From: Octopus vulgaris
Lineage: Eukaryota
Assembly (NCBI GenBank): GCA_951406725.2
Contig: OX597817.1
Location: 124,186,001-124,250,000 of the forward strand
Length of the DNA: 64,000 bases
Direction: 5' to 3'
The translations under genes were made by a program, and so were the position numbers. Shown piece after piece: positions 1-12,530 of this stretch. The first letter of the stretch is position 1, and each line of letters starts with the position of its first letter. The notes beneath the pieces are model-generated. The model worked only from the letters and a program-made list of their open reading frames with translations. It was not told where the DNA came from and did not search any database.

Positions 1-300
1 CTTCCTTGGCTATATATACCTGTCTTCCAGCCTCCCTTCTGGCTATCTGGTAAAGTTCCCTGCTACCCTAACTCTTCCAGGTTTTACAAGCGTGTTTCTT
101 TGCTCTGATGGCCTTGTCTACAGTATTATTCCACCACCACTTTACCCTAGGTCTGGAAGGGACTTTGCACCAGTCACAGATTTGGTCTGTGGTGCTTAGT
201 AAGCTGTTACGTAGGAATTTCCAGTTACCCTCTATGGAGCATACACTAGAAAGGAAAGTGTTGTTGAAGAGGTCACAGATGTGTGACAAAAGATTTCTGG
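1..300 (-). mobile_element. RTE-clade LINE ORF2 fragment (endonuclease-RT linker), pseudogenised
   Basis: Minus translation WWWNNTVDKAIRAKKHACKTWKS*GSRELYQIARREAGRQVYIAKE matches the RTE copy at 7273 (WWNTVVDRAIRQKRQAWKDWKNGGSRELYQTARREARRQVY). It runs off the window edge. Confidence 0.85.
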
Positions 301-408
301 ACAATGGACATGAGTTAGAATAATAACAGTAATAAATGAGTGAAGAATGAATATACAGTGCATGTGTTTATTTGACAAAGAAAAAATGACCGTCCCGAAA
401 TACAACAC

Positions 409-452
<44 letters not shown>

Positions 453-544
453 TATGTGTATATGTGTGTGTATGTATGTATGTGTGTATGTATGTATGTA
501 TGTATGTATGTATGTACGTATGTACGTACGTACGTACGTACGTA
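409..544. repeat. Compound microsatellite (TA)n-(TATG)n-(TACG)n
   Basis: Directly visible; abuts the Helitron 3' end. Confidence 0.95.
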
Positions 545-2400
545 CTAGCAGAGCCACCTGGCGTTGCCCAAGAATGAAATTTTTCCTTACATATTAGAAG
601 AAAAGAGGAAAATATGTTGTAGAGAAATTTGTTATTCTAAATTCAATTTATTCTTCAATTGGGATACTATTTATTCTTTAAATTGGGAAATCAATTCTGA
701 ATTTATAATACAAATTATTATATACGAAAATACAAAATTTACCACTTTTATAAAAGGAGATAAATTCTACCACATATGTTGAAGGAAATTATGTGAGAGT
801 TTCTGGGTAAACAACATTCCTTGTTTTCTGGTTTGGAGCATAGACAAAGTTGACCATGAGAAAAGCAAGCCAGTAGATTTCAAAGACTAACCTTGCGCTT
901 TATTAATAGACATTGCAAAGCAAAGTCACATTGGGAATTGTGTTCATTTGAATTCAAAGTGCATGTCTGTTGGTTTTATTGGAATTCTTGGAACGAAAAC
1001 CTTTTCCCCAGACACATCCAGAGATGATGGTAGTTCTTATCACATTAAGTGATAATGTCTTCACAATCAAACTTATCCCATTGCATAATTTAGGAGGATC
1101 TAAATTTGTTAGAAGCATTATTGGAACTTCTGCCTTCAGAAAAATTTTATGTGGAGGAATTCCAGGTGGCTCAAGAGAATTAAGGAACTCTGTTGGGTAA
1201 TGGACAGCTTGATTTTCATCAAGGACTGAATCAACTGATTTGTACTTCTTAATGACTATTGGAATTTTATGCATTAATTCATGAAGAATTTTTGCTACTG
1301 TTTCATTTTTTGGAGTAAGAATTACTCTTTCACACAACCATGTTTGTGGATCATAATTACTACCTAAGTCTGGCAATATCCTGTTCTTCAGTTCAGCTGA
1401 AGAATTCACCATGATAGCAATATGAGCCAAATTGACATCACCATTCCCATCAAATGGTACTTTCCCATTCCCTAATTGGCGGAGCCAGGTTGAAAACCGT
1501 TTTGCACATTGGTTCCCATGTAATGAAGCTCACACGCTAGTATTGAAAGAGGATTTCAATACTTTATTCCATAGGTGTGAAGACTTAATGCATGCTTTTA
1601 TTTCATCAGATCTTGTTCATCTCAGAATGAGTGGTAATGTCTGTCTCAAGTCTCCTGATAAAAGTGATGTAACTCCTCCCATAGATTTATTGTTGCCTCT
1701 GATGTCCTGTAAGGTCTTACTAAGATATGGTGCATTCATCCCAAATGATAGGTGGCATTGGCACAACACTTCTGCTGAAGCTAAACCTTTGCTAATGTTA
1801 CAAATTAGATTACCTTGTGACCATGTTTAGTGGTAATTTAAAAGCAGAATGAGCTGTTCGTCCTCCTGGGAGAATGCTGACAACAAAGCCAGACAATGGT
1901 ACAGCAACTGCAATTTCTCTTTTGTTGTCTTACATTGGAGAGAAGCAACGTTACAAATGTTTTACCTGTGTCACCAGGAATATCAAGAAACATCTGCTTT
2001 TTTTTGATGATTGCCGAATGCTGCACGCACACACAGACACACACACACAAACACAGATACATATATATATATATACAGTATCAAGCATCAGATAAATTGG
2101 ACGAGAGAGACAGAGTAAGCGGGAGTGAGTGAGTGAAGGGGTGTGTTGTCATGTATATGTACATACATAAAAAAATAGGCATACATCATTCTTGTATGTA
2201 TGTGTGCATGAGTGAAAGAGTGAGAGAGAGAGAGAGTGCCACTTGGACATCACTCTCTCTCTCTCTCTCACACACACAGTTGCTTACTTTGGAGAGAAGC
2301 AATGTTACAAATGTTTTATCTGTGTCACCAGGAGCATCAAGAAAAAAAATTCCTCTGCATTTTTTCTGATAATTGTGGAAAGCTGCATGCATATACACAC
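545..2400 (-). mobile_element. Degenerate Helitron: PIF1-family helicase region plus 3' terminus (may extend to ~3735)
   Basis: Minus-strand motifs in order: FLDIPGDTGKTF (Walker A), ILPGGRTAHSAFKLPL, LQDIRGNNKSMGGVTSLLSGDLRQTLP, ERVILTPKN, YPTEFLNSLEPPGIPPH, NLDPPKLCNG, FAMSINKAQG*SL, CFSHGQL. The end reads CTTGG-GCAACG-CCAGG (hairpin, 572-557), then CTAG (548-545) and T, as in a canonical Helitron 3' end. Stops and frameshifts are present. Confidence 0.9.
954..1430 (-). pseudogene. Helitron PIF1 helicase fragment (longest open stretch)
   Basis: 158-aa ORF with ERVILTPKN, PTEFLNSLEPPGIPPH and PIMLLTNLDPPKLCNG motifs; flanked by stops and frameshifts. Confidence 0.85.
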
Positions 2401-3775
2401 ACACAGACGCATACAGTATCAAACATCAGATGAATTGGACATGTGTTTGTGAGAGAGAGAGAGAGACAGAGAGAGAGAGAGACAGAGAGAGAGAGAGTGA
2501 GTGAAGGTGTGTGTTGTCATGTATATGTACATACATAAATAAATAGACATACATCTCTCTTGTATGTATGTGTGTGTGTAAGAGAGAGAATGCCACTTGG
2601 ACATCACTCTGTCTCCCTCACACACACACATACACACCAAAAACAAACGTATGCATATGTATTTATGTATGTACGAATACATAACAACACACCCCTTCAC
2701 TCATTCACACACACAGACACACACACTATAGATAAATGCATACAAACGTATGTAAAAATTAACACTTCCTTCTCCAAGCTTAGATTCAAAACCGAATCTC
2801 AGGATTCTCAGTCGTCCAAATCACCATGATTAACAGGCGCGAAAAATGGTTTTCTTTGTCCTGTCAAAAAATTATAAATCATCTGCCTTTGACCTACGAC
2901 CTCAGTCATGTCAGCTGAAGTTCAAATGGGCTGGAGCTGATGTATTCAGACACAATTTCTGCTGCAGTATGTCTGTCCTTCTAGCTGCCACAGCAGTTAG
3001 AAAATACCGTGGTCAACAGAGAGACATTCAGAAAGGCCTAGGACGCAGACAAAAAGGCTTTTGCAGACAGACTGAAAGGTTCAAATGAAGGGACATGGCA
3101 GACTACTTTCTCAGAGGAACGACGCACACACACACACACACACACAAACATGTTCAGTTCTGACATTTCACCTCCACTGACGTGTCCTGTTTCTTTTACT
3201 AGCAACTCGTAGCAGTTGTCAACAATTACACGTTGTGAAAAATGTTGTATACCAAAGGCAAATGCAAGTACAGTAAATAAATTATTTTAACTAGGAATTG
3301 ATGTCATTTATTTGTTTACTTCAAAGGCATCCACATGCCTATCGCATTTGTTCACCTTAACACATACTGATATACACTTAACAACTACACGTACATACAA
3401 AATCACGTGTGCGTTTGTGACTGACTACAAATACATGGAGCTGAACAAGGCGTGAAAAAGAATATAGATCAATTTTTTAATGTAAATTAATGAAGTGTGC
3501 CAGTTCCAGCAAAATAATGCCCATATTTTATCGATGCCCTATGTTAAATTGCAAAATACAGACCCCTTTTGAATGCATCTACAACAAACAACATATCCAT
3601 CACGGCCTTAGAATAACACAAACATACACATAAATATCAAAAATGATACACTCAAGAGATTCCCGAGAATTCATTAAAAACAGTCCCAATCACTGCTATA
3701 ATCCATAACGAGCCACTTTTAGTTCACTTGACCATTTAACAACCTACTACTATCATACCACCTGCATTTACTTAT

Positions 3776-4135
3776 TATTCTCTCTCCTCTTCCTCCTCCT
3801 TCTTCTTTGTACCCTTTAACATCCTACTACTAGCATGGCACTCCCGTATTCTTCTTCTTCTTCTTTTTCTTCTTCTTCCTCTTCTCCTTCTTCTTCTTTT
3901 TCTTCTTCTCTGCCAAGAATTCCCAACGACCTGGAACCCACAAGAGTAAACAAGAGACTGGCAAAAACAAAGATGGACGATGGTCACGTGTAAGCAACGA
4001 GAGAGAGAGAGAGAGAGAGTAAAAGAGAAAGAAGGGAGAGAGAGACAGATAGAAAACAGTGAAGGGAGAAAAAGGGAATTAGAGAAAGGATGAAAGAGAA
4101 AACAATAGGGAAGAAAACAGTATAAAGTAGAGTCA
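3776..4135. repeat. Low-complexity (CTT/CCT)n tract followed by a GA-rich tract
   Basis: Directly visible. Confidence 0.85.
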
Positions 4136-4198
4136 CATCAAAAAGATTAAGATGAACTTAGAAATGCATGCGGAGCATTCAATCAAATGATAATAATA

Positions 4199-4238
<40 letters not shown>

Positions 4239-4255
4239 ATATATATATATATATA

Positions 4256-4461
4256 AAGTTAATCCAAACATGAAAGCACAAGAAAACACAACAACGCGAG
4301 GACGTGGAACAAATATAATATTATTGGACGCTCAGGAAAGAAAGAAAGAAGGAGGGTTTAACGTTTTGAGCAGAGCTCTTCGTCGGAAACATAGGAGAAG
4401 GAAAGATCCAGAGAAGGGAAGACAGAGGAAAAAAAATCGCCAACGGTATACACGCGGTCAC
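4256..4461 (-). mobile_element. Short Penelope-type (pseudo-LTR-like) element in (TA)n with a degenerate minimal hammerhead motif
   Basis: Homologous in inverted orientation to 61805-62006. Minus strand 4390-4356 reads GTTT CCGACGA A GAGC TCT GCTC AAAA CG TT AAAC. Flanked by TA-rich microsatellites. Confidence 0.65.
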
Positions 4462-4706
4462 AGTATATATGTATGTATGTATGTATATATTTATATATAT
4501 ATATGTATGTATATATATATATGTTTATATATACATCATCATCATCATCATCATCGTTTAACGTCCGCTTTCCATGCTAGCATGGGTTGGACGGTTCAAC
4601 TGGGGTCTGGGGAGCCCGAAGGCTGCACCAGGCCAGTCAGATCTGGCAGTGTTTCTACAGCTGGATGCCCTTCCTAACGCCAACCACTCCGAGAGTGTAG
4701 TGGGTG

Positions 4707-4954
4707 ATTTTATGTGCCACCGACACAGGTGCCAGACGAGGCTGGCGAACGGCCACGCTCGGATGGTATTTTTATGTGCCACTGACACAGGTGCCAGACG
4801 AGGCTGGCAGACGGCCACGCTCGGATGGTGTTTTTATGTGCCATCGACACAGGTGCCAGACGAGGCTGGCAGACGGCCACGCTCAGATGGTGTTTTTATG
4901 TGCCACCGACACAGGTGCCAGACGAGGCTGGCAGACGGCCACGCTCGGACGGTG
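4707..4954. repeat. 62-bp tandem repeat (4 near-perfect units, 2 diverged units following) in the RTE 3' UTR
   Basis: TATGTGCCA recurs at 4711, 4773, 4835 and 4897. Confidence 0.95.
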
Positions 4955-5217
4955 TTTGTTACGTGCCCACAGCACGGAGGCCAGTCGATGCGGTACTGGC
5001 TACGGTCCCGTTCGGATGGTTTTCTTATGTGCCACCGGCACTGGTACCACAAGGATACAAATTCCATTGATGTTCATCTATTTTGATTTGGTTTGACTTG
5101 ATTCGATTTGACTTTGATTTGATTTGCCTCAACAGGTCTTCACAAGTGTCACAAGCAGGAAGGTATGCACAGGCGGACTGACTACGTCCCAGGTAGGGGC
5201 CACGGGTTATGTCTTCA

Positions 5218-7273
5218 CTAGTCTTGCCGGGTCTTATCACGCACAGCATACTTCCATAGGTCTCGGTCTCTGGTCATTTCCATGGTGAGACCTAATGTTC
5301 GAAGGTCGTGCTTCACCACCTCGTCCCAGGTTTTCCTGGGTCTACCTCTTCCACGGGTTCCCTCAACTGCTAGGGATTGGCACTTTCTCACACACCTATC
5401 TTCATCCATTCTCACCACATGACCATACCATCGCAATCGTCTCTCTTGCACGCAACAACTGATGCTTCTTAGGTACAACATTTCTCTTAGGGAACTAACA
5501 CTCTGTCGAGTAAGTACACTGACATTACACATCCATCGGAGCATACTGGCTTCATTCCTCATGAGCTTACGCATGTCCTCAGCAGTCACGGCCCATGTTT
5601 CACTGCCATGTAGCATGGCAGTTTGAATACATGCATCATACAGTCTGCCCTTTACTCTGAGCGAGAGGCCTTTAGTCACCAGCAGAGGTAAGAGCTCCCT
5701 AAACTTTGCCCAGGCTATTCTTATTCTAGCAGTTACACTCTCAGCGCACCCACCCCCACTACTGACTTGGTCACCTAGATAACGGAAGCTATCAACTACT
5801 TCTAATTTTTCCCCCTGGAAAGTGACGGAAGTTGTTTTCTACAGATTTTCGGAGGTCAATGCTCCCGAGCATCTGCCACATATAAAGACTGTCTTCCCAG
5901 TTAGCCTACCTTTGACATTGCTGCACCTCTTATGTGTCCATAGCTTACACTGGGTACATCTTATAGAGTTTCTACCTACACCTTTTCAACAGATCGAGCA
6001 GGGCCATCTTCCTGAGGACATTTGTGGATTGCCTACCTTTCTACTTATTAGTACTTTGGTTTTAGCTAGGTTGACTCTAAGGCCCCTCGATTCTAAACCC
6101 TCCTTCCACACCTGGAACTTCTCCTCCAGTTCTGATAGTGACTCAGCAATTAGAGTGAGGTCGTCAGCATAGAGGAGCTCCCAGGGGCAACCTGTCTTGA
6201 ATTCCTCTGTTATTGCCAGGAGGACTATGATAAATAGGAGGGGGCTGAGTACTGAAACCTGGTGGACCCCAACCTCTACTTTGAATTCTTCTGTGTACAT
6301 GTTGCCAACCCTAACCTTGCTTACGGCATCTATGTACATGGCTTGCACAGCCCTCACCAGCCATTCATCTATCCCTAGTTTCCTCATTGACCACCAGATG
6401 AGGGATCGGGAGACCCTATCAAAGGCTTTCTCCATGTCAACGAAAGCCAGGTACAGGGGCCTATCTTTGGCTAGGTATTTCTCCTGCAGCTGCCTTACCA
6501 GGAATATAGCATCAGTGGTGCTTTTCCCTGGCACAAACCCAAACTGCATCTCATCTAAACTAACTCTCTCTCTAATTAGTTGGGCTATGACCCTCTCCGT
6601 AACCTTCATTACCTGATCCAACAGCTTGATACCTCTGTAATTATTTGTATCTAGGGCATCACCTTTACCTTTGTAGCAGTTGACTAGTACGCTGCTACAC
6701 CAGTCATTGGGTATGACTCCTTCGTGTATCACCTGGTTGACTATACGGGTGACTAGGTTATAGCCGACACTGCCAGATATTTTGAGCATCCCTGCAGTAA
6801 TTCCTGATGGGCCTGGGGCTTTCCCTGTCTTCATGCTTCTAATTGCCTTAGCTACTACGGAACTATCAACTCGGATAGCTGGTCCCTCTGTTGGGTCAAC
6901 ATTCGGCAGACTCTCTTTATCCCATTCATTTTCTTTATTCAGCAACCTTTCATAGTGGCATCTCCAAACCTCTCTCTTTGCTTCCTCATTTAGCGCAAGT
7001 GAACCATCATCCATGCGAACACACTTCTCTCCTACCACATCACGATTCTCTCTCACACACTGTCTTGCAACACGAAATACCTCAAGTCTTTCATCCTCAC
7101 GGCGCAGAACATTGGCAAATTTTTTCTTATCCGCTTCCCCTCTGGTTAAATAAACCTGTCTCCTAGCTTCCCTTCTGGCTGTCTGATACAATTCCCTGCT
7201 ACCACCGTTCTTCCAGTCCTTCCAAGCCTGTCTCTTTTGTCTAATAGCCCTGTCAACCACAGTGTTCCACCAC
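5218..7273 (-). pseudogene. RTE ORF2 reverse transcriptase (two nonsense mutations) with an internal Cys/His finger
   Basis: ORFs 5986..7281 and 5218..5679 are in the same frame. The intervening sequence translates through as CSIC*KGVGRNSIRCTQCKLWTHKRC...CGRC...VDSFRYLGD. Confidence 0.9.
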
Positions 7274-7299
7274 ATATACATAATATATATATATTATAT

Positions 7300-7552
7300 T
7301 ATTATTTGATTGAATGCCATACATCCCTTTCGAAATCCATGAATCCCAAATTTTATTTTGGGAGCAACTGTCTTCGAAGACTAATACTGTCATTCAATGC
7401 TCGAAATGAGGAGTTGATAGACAGCTGACAACTGATGAAGGGTCATTCTTTATGCTACTTGTCCTGTTTTCCATTTGTTTTTCCCATTGGTTGTGTATTG
7501 AACTCATTGTTTTCATATTTCATTTTGTTTACTGTTGGTGACGTCCTGTACA
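7300..7552. repeat. Probable short interspersed element nested in (TA)n (Penelope-like remnant, unclassified)
   Basis: Non-simple ~250-bp block bounded by TA runs, with a T-rich 3' part resembling the other TA-nested elements; no second copy in the window. Confidence 0.35.
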
Positions 7553-7576
7553 CATATATATACATATATATAATAT

Positions 7577-7983
7577 AGGCGCAGGAGTGGCTGTGTGGTA
7601 AGTAGCTTGTTTACCAACCACATGGTTCCGGGTTCAGTCCCATTGCGTGGCACCTTGGGCAAGTGTCTTCTACTATAGCCTCGGGCCGACCAAAGCCTTG
7701 TGAGTGGATTTGGTAGACGGAAACTGAAAGAAGCCCGTCGTATATATGTATATATATATATGTATGTGTGTGTGTTTGTGTGTCTGTGTTTGTCCCCCTA
7801 GCATTGCTTGACAACTAATGCTGGTGTGTTTGCGTCCCCGTCACTTAGCGGTTTGGCAAAAAGACTGATAGAATAAGTACTGGGCTTACAAAGAATAAGT
7901 TCCGGGGTCGAGTTGCTCGATTAAAGGCGGTGCTCCAGGATGGCCGCAGTCAAATGACTGAAACAAGTAAAAGAGTAAAGGAG

Positions 7984-7984
<1 letters not shown>
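7577..7984 (+). mobile_element. tRNA-derived SINE family A (~400 bp, internal TA/TG microsatellite, AAAAGAGT tail; Octopus OK/OR-like)
   Basis: A-box-like TGGCTGTGTGG, B-box-like GGTTCAGTCCC, CORE-like CCTTGGGCAAGT; more than 12 homologous copies in the window. Confidence 0.9.
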
Positions 7985-8025
<41 letters not shown>

Positions 8026-8091
8026 TTGATAGATAGATAGAGAGAGAGAGAGAGATTGATAGATAGATAGAAGAGAGAGAGAGAGAGAGAG

Positions 8092-8137
<46 letters not shown>

Positions 8138-8882
8138 ATAGATTGATAGATGCATATACATATATATATACACACACATGTGTGTGTGTGGAGAGAGAAG
8201 GAGAGAGAGAGAGATGCAGTCTTACGCATCTATATTTTTTTCAATTTATATCTTCCAGTCTGCCCAACACAAAGCTTTGGTCATCATGGGGCTTCATTAG
8301 AAGACACTTTCTCAAGGTACCATGCATTGGGATTGAACCTGAAATCATGTTGTTAAGAAGCAAATTTCTTAACCCACAAGTCATGTAAATATTTATGTTT
8401 TGCCACTTGTATATTGATAATAAGTGTAAACATCAGCAAGTAAAAACAAAACAATACTTGAAAACAAAAATATACCATGCAGTATTTTACTCCATTGGGG
8501 ATTCCATCAATTCCTTGTTACTTTCTCCGTCAGACATGTGATGAATCAGTGATTAATCTGTTGGAAACATGTAACGAGAACAGTGATTATTTTCACAATG
8601 TGATGTTAAAATAAGTAAATAAATAAATAAGTAAATATGCAAATAAATGAAATGATTTGACTGTATCATATAATTAGCCTTCTATTAGGATTTGAAAAAA
8701 ATGTATATGAAAGAATAGATAAGTCTGTTCAATAAACTGATACCTTTTTTTCTTTCCTATTATTTCTCTATGTTGATAATAAGTAGCTTATTTCAAAATT
8801 TCTCCCACCTATTTCAGATACCACCTCTTATGGATCCATGACACTTGTTTACTAATTTTGCTTTATTTATTTCTTATCATAC

Positions 8883-9272
8883 AGGTGCAGGAGTGGCTGT
8901 GTGGTAAGTAGCTTGCTAACCAACCACATGGTTTCGGGTTCAATCCCACTGCGTGGCATCTTGGGCAAGTGTCTTCTGCTATAGCCCCGGGCCAACCAAT
9001 GCCTTGTGAGTGGATTTGGTAGACGGAAACTGAAAGAAGCCTGTCATATATATGTATGTGTGTGTGTTTGTGCATCTGTGTTTGTCCCCCTAGCATTGCT
9101 TCACAACCGATGCTGGTGTGTTTACGTCCCCGTCACTTAGCGGTTCGGCAAAAAGAGACCAATAGAATAAGTACTGGGCTTACAAAAAGAATAAGTCCCG
9201 GGGTTGAGTTGCTCGAATAAAGGCGGTGCTCCAGCATGGCCGCAGTCAAATGACTGAAAGAAGTAAAAGAGT
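8883..9272 (+). mobile_element. SINE family A
   Basis: Full-length homology to 7577-7984. Confidence 0.9.
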
Positions 9273-11977
9273 ATACTCAAAATAACATTACAGTTGTATT
9301 TCCCGAATTTGCTAACCCTTGATGCTTTTGCTTTAACACATATATAATCTCAAATTTAATAACAGTAATATTCTAATTAGAAATGTAGTGAGAGTCTTTT
9401 AGACAAATTTGAGTTTCACTTGCAGGTCTGATTTCTAATTAAATCCATTCCATATCACATAGCTAATGACATTTTCCACTTTCAAACTTTTATAGACATT
9501 TAACACTCATCTACACAATCAATTCACAAAGCTTTGGTCATCCTGGGACTTCAGTAGAAGACACTTGCTTAAGGTGCCATGCATCCGGATTGAACCTGAA
9601 ATCATGTTAGGAAGCAAATTTCTTCACCTACAAGTCAGGAGGCTTATTTTAATGTATCTGAGAACATCTGAAATAATATTCTGTATTTGTATGATATTAA
9701 TGTTGATCATTGTAATTCTATTTAGTTGCCTTCATCAAATAAAGTAGGGTTTTACTCTGATTTCATCCACATTCTCTCATCTTTCTCAAATGACACTGAA
9801 ACTGGGGAAACTATTGTACAGGAACTAACCAAAGTGAAGAATTACTTTACAATTTATATTTGATACTTTTCATCTTATATCCTTTTACCTAAAGATAACC
9901 CTCACACAAGAAGAAAGTTCAGGATACATTGGAAAGAAAGAAAACTCTGTTTATTTTAACCAAGTCCTTAGAAAAAAAACTATGTGTTTCTGTAATACAG
10001 TGTTTACTACAATGATGCATTATCTGTGAGCAACGACTACTTAGTAATGTAGCTTTGCATCATGTTCACATGGGTGTTACAATTCTTTTTATTTTCCTAA
10101 AATCAGTTGACACTATTTTTGAATTAGTTATCATTGAATTGGCATCTCTCCCCAGGAAACATTTCTAGTCATCATTTATTCTGAGAGAGAAGACATTTCT
10201 GCTTTGTAAATTTATTTAGTCTTTCATTGAATAATTTATTTGAATGGCCTTTTGTTAAGGACTGATAGAAATCAAACATTTCATGTTAGTTCAAGCTCAC
10301 TTTGCCTGTCACAATCACATATATATTCTGTCATTTTCCTTTTATCTGTGGAGCAGTCTTGTCTCATATGACATTTCCTTCATGGTTGAAATCAGTTTAG
10401 AGAATTTCCTTTCAATGATTTTTTTTTTAATACAAGAAGCTAGTCCTGTTTTTCCTACATTGAAGGTGTGATTTTTATTATAGTCTTATACAATATTGGA
10501 TGCATATTTTCCTCAATGATTGTTTTGATTCTTTTACTCTTATTAATCTACTGGTTTATTAACTGATGAAACTGATGTTCATAAACTTCCAAATTTTTAT
10601 CAAGAACCATACCAAGAGTTTTCTATCCATGGAAAGTCTTTGGATTACTCTCTTGAATTTTAAACCAGTGTTTGATTTGGTTTCATATCTGAGTTTCTAA
10701 TTGTTATAACTGTATGTTTTATTCTGTTATATACAAGGTGATTATAACTTTGTAACTTGATCTGTCATCACTAAAGATAATTCTTAGAAGTCCTTAATTA
10801 AATTTCCTTCATAATTGATATATAATTGTCAAAATCTTAAAGGAGACCATTTTCTTTGTAAAGGAAATTTGATTACTGACCTTCAGTAAAATTAACTGAA
10901 CTATTTATTATTTAACTGCTTGAAAACATGTCTGTGCTTGTTCAATCTATTTACAGTTATTAGATATCCAAATTTAGAACATATTTTACACTTATAGACA
11001 ATATCAAGTTGATTATTTAGTATAAAGCAAAATATTTGTGTAGTTATCATCATCATCAACATTATTTAGCATTTGTTTCTCCCTTCTCAAACAAGTTGGG
11101 GTCATTCAAAATTGTGTCATTTTATCTGTGAGGCCTAATCCTTAGTTTCGGCCAACTAGAAATATGTTATCTCTTGATATTACAAATCTCTGTAGCTCAG
11201 CATCCTTATTCCTTGCTCATGTTGGCTGATGTCACAACTGCCAGCCATTTCCTTATTCTTTGAATTCTTTTTGTCTCATAAAAATTGATATGGCACACCC
11301 TGAAAATCATACTAAGCTTATTTATCTTCAGTTTTGACAAATCTTTCATATTCTATACCTACCAGTCACAACCATCCAGCATCATGTTGCTTACAAATGT
11401 ATTATATCTGCATTTTGCAGCTCATTGTCATCATCGCTACCACCACCATCACCATCATCGTCGTCGTCGTCATCATCATCACTTAAATGTCCACTTTTCC
11501 TTGCTTGCATGGGTTAGATGGAATTTGAAGAGGTAGATTTTGTACAGCTAGATACTTACCCTCTCGCCAAGTCTTACCTGTTCCTCATGACCAAACAATT
11601 TTTTCACTAAATATTAGGAACAAAGGATACTATTTGCATTATGGTGACACATTCATTTACAACTATCCCACAGTGTCAAAGCAAGGAGACAGTGACACAC
11701 ACATAAAGAAGAAAAACATTTGTTGCTGAATATAAAAAGTCTTGAGGTTGAAAACATTTTGTTCTACAGAAATAAATAATACAGTAGTATACTTCTAGAC
11801 TCTCCCATTCTATTATTGGTCACAATCCTCCATGCATCACTTTGATGCTCTATGGATGTCCATGGCATTCAGTTTATATCTTTTTTATTGTGATATCTTT
11901 TCACAATGTCCCTATAACAAAGACAAAGTAAGCCACATTTTCTTTGCTTATGTATAGTTGTGAGCACAAGCTCATTA

Positions 11978-12122
11978 CCATCATCATCATCATCGCTTAA
12001 CGTCCGCTTTCCATGCTGGCATGGGTTGGACCGTTTAACTGGAGGCTGCTGAGCCAGATGGCTGCATCAGACTCCAATCTGATCTGACAGAGTTTCTACA
12101 GCTGGATGCCCTTCCTAATGCA
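11978..12122 (-). mobile_element. RTE LINE 3'-end fragment
   Basis: (CAT)n-CGCTTAACGTCCGCTTTCCATGC...GCTGGATGCCCTTCCTAA matches 4534-4680. Confidence 0.85.
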
Positions 12123-12530
12123 AAACATGTGTTCCCATGCCAGAATAATATTTGAGTGGTGCAAAAAAACTAATATTACATCTGTATTGACTTTACATAT
12201 AGCAATGGGTTTATAGAAAGTTTTCTCAGAAAGTTTCAGTTAAACCAACCCAATTGAAATTTGAGCTAATCAGTATAAGGTACTGATCTACATACTTTAT
12301 AAAACCTATTATGTAGTTCTTTACCTCCTCAAGCAAAAAATAAATAACATTAGCAGTGCTGTAGATTAATATCTTCAGGTGTTAACTCTATGTCAGTTTC
12401 TTTCATGTCAAATGTATTTTTTCCTATCTGCATTTCTTGTGCTTATCCATTTATTTCATACTTCTTTACTCTAGTAGTAGTAGTAGTAGTAGTAGTAGTG
12501 TAGGGGCATGTAGTGTAACAACATGTTGCA

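Larger units (their letters stand above)
4534..7273 (-). mobile_element. RTE-clade LINE, 5'-truncated, relatively young; RT region, 3' UTR and (ATG)n tail
   Basis: One reading frame from 7273 to 5218 with only two premature stops (TGA 5986-5988, TAG 5839-5841). Motifs: KAPGPSG, NYRGIKLL, QFGFVPGKSTTDAIF, FVDMEKAFDRV, GVHQ.SVLSPLLF, LYADD, FRYLG, GSETW, RLRWYGHV, RGRGRPRKTW. The 3' end abuts (CAT)n at 4534-4554. Confidence 0.95.

Noticed and set aside
315-577. ORFs rich in YI, HT, CV, poly-I, poly-H, poly-M or poly-R here and throughout the window
   Set aside because: They are translations of microsatellites.
4574-5096. Overlapping 130-170 aa repetitive ORFs; superficially CRISPR-like periodicity
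   Set aside because: These come from a 62-bp tandem repeat in a LINE 3' UTR. There are no unique spacers and no cas genes, and the context is eukaryotic.
7325-7450. CGAAA...CTGATGAAGGG as a type-II hammerhead
   Set aside because: Stems I and III and an NUH site could not be built convincingly.
7611-7814. Recurrent peptide YDGLLSVSVYQIHSQGFGRPEAIVEDTCPRCHAVGLNPEPCGW (also at 26238, 43992, 55055)
   Set aside because: Antisense translation of SINE family A, not a gene family.
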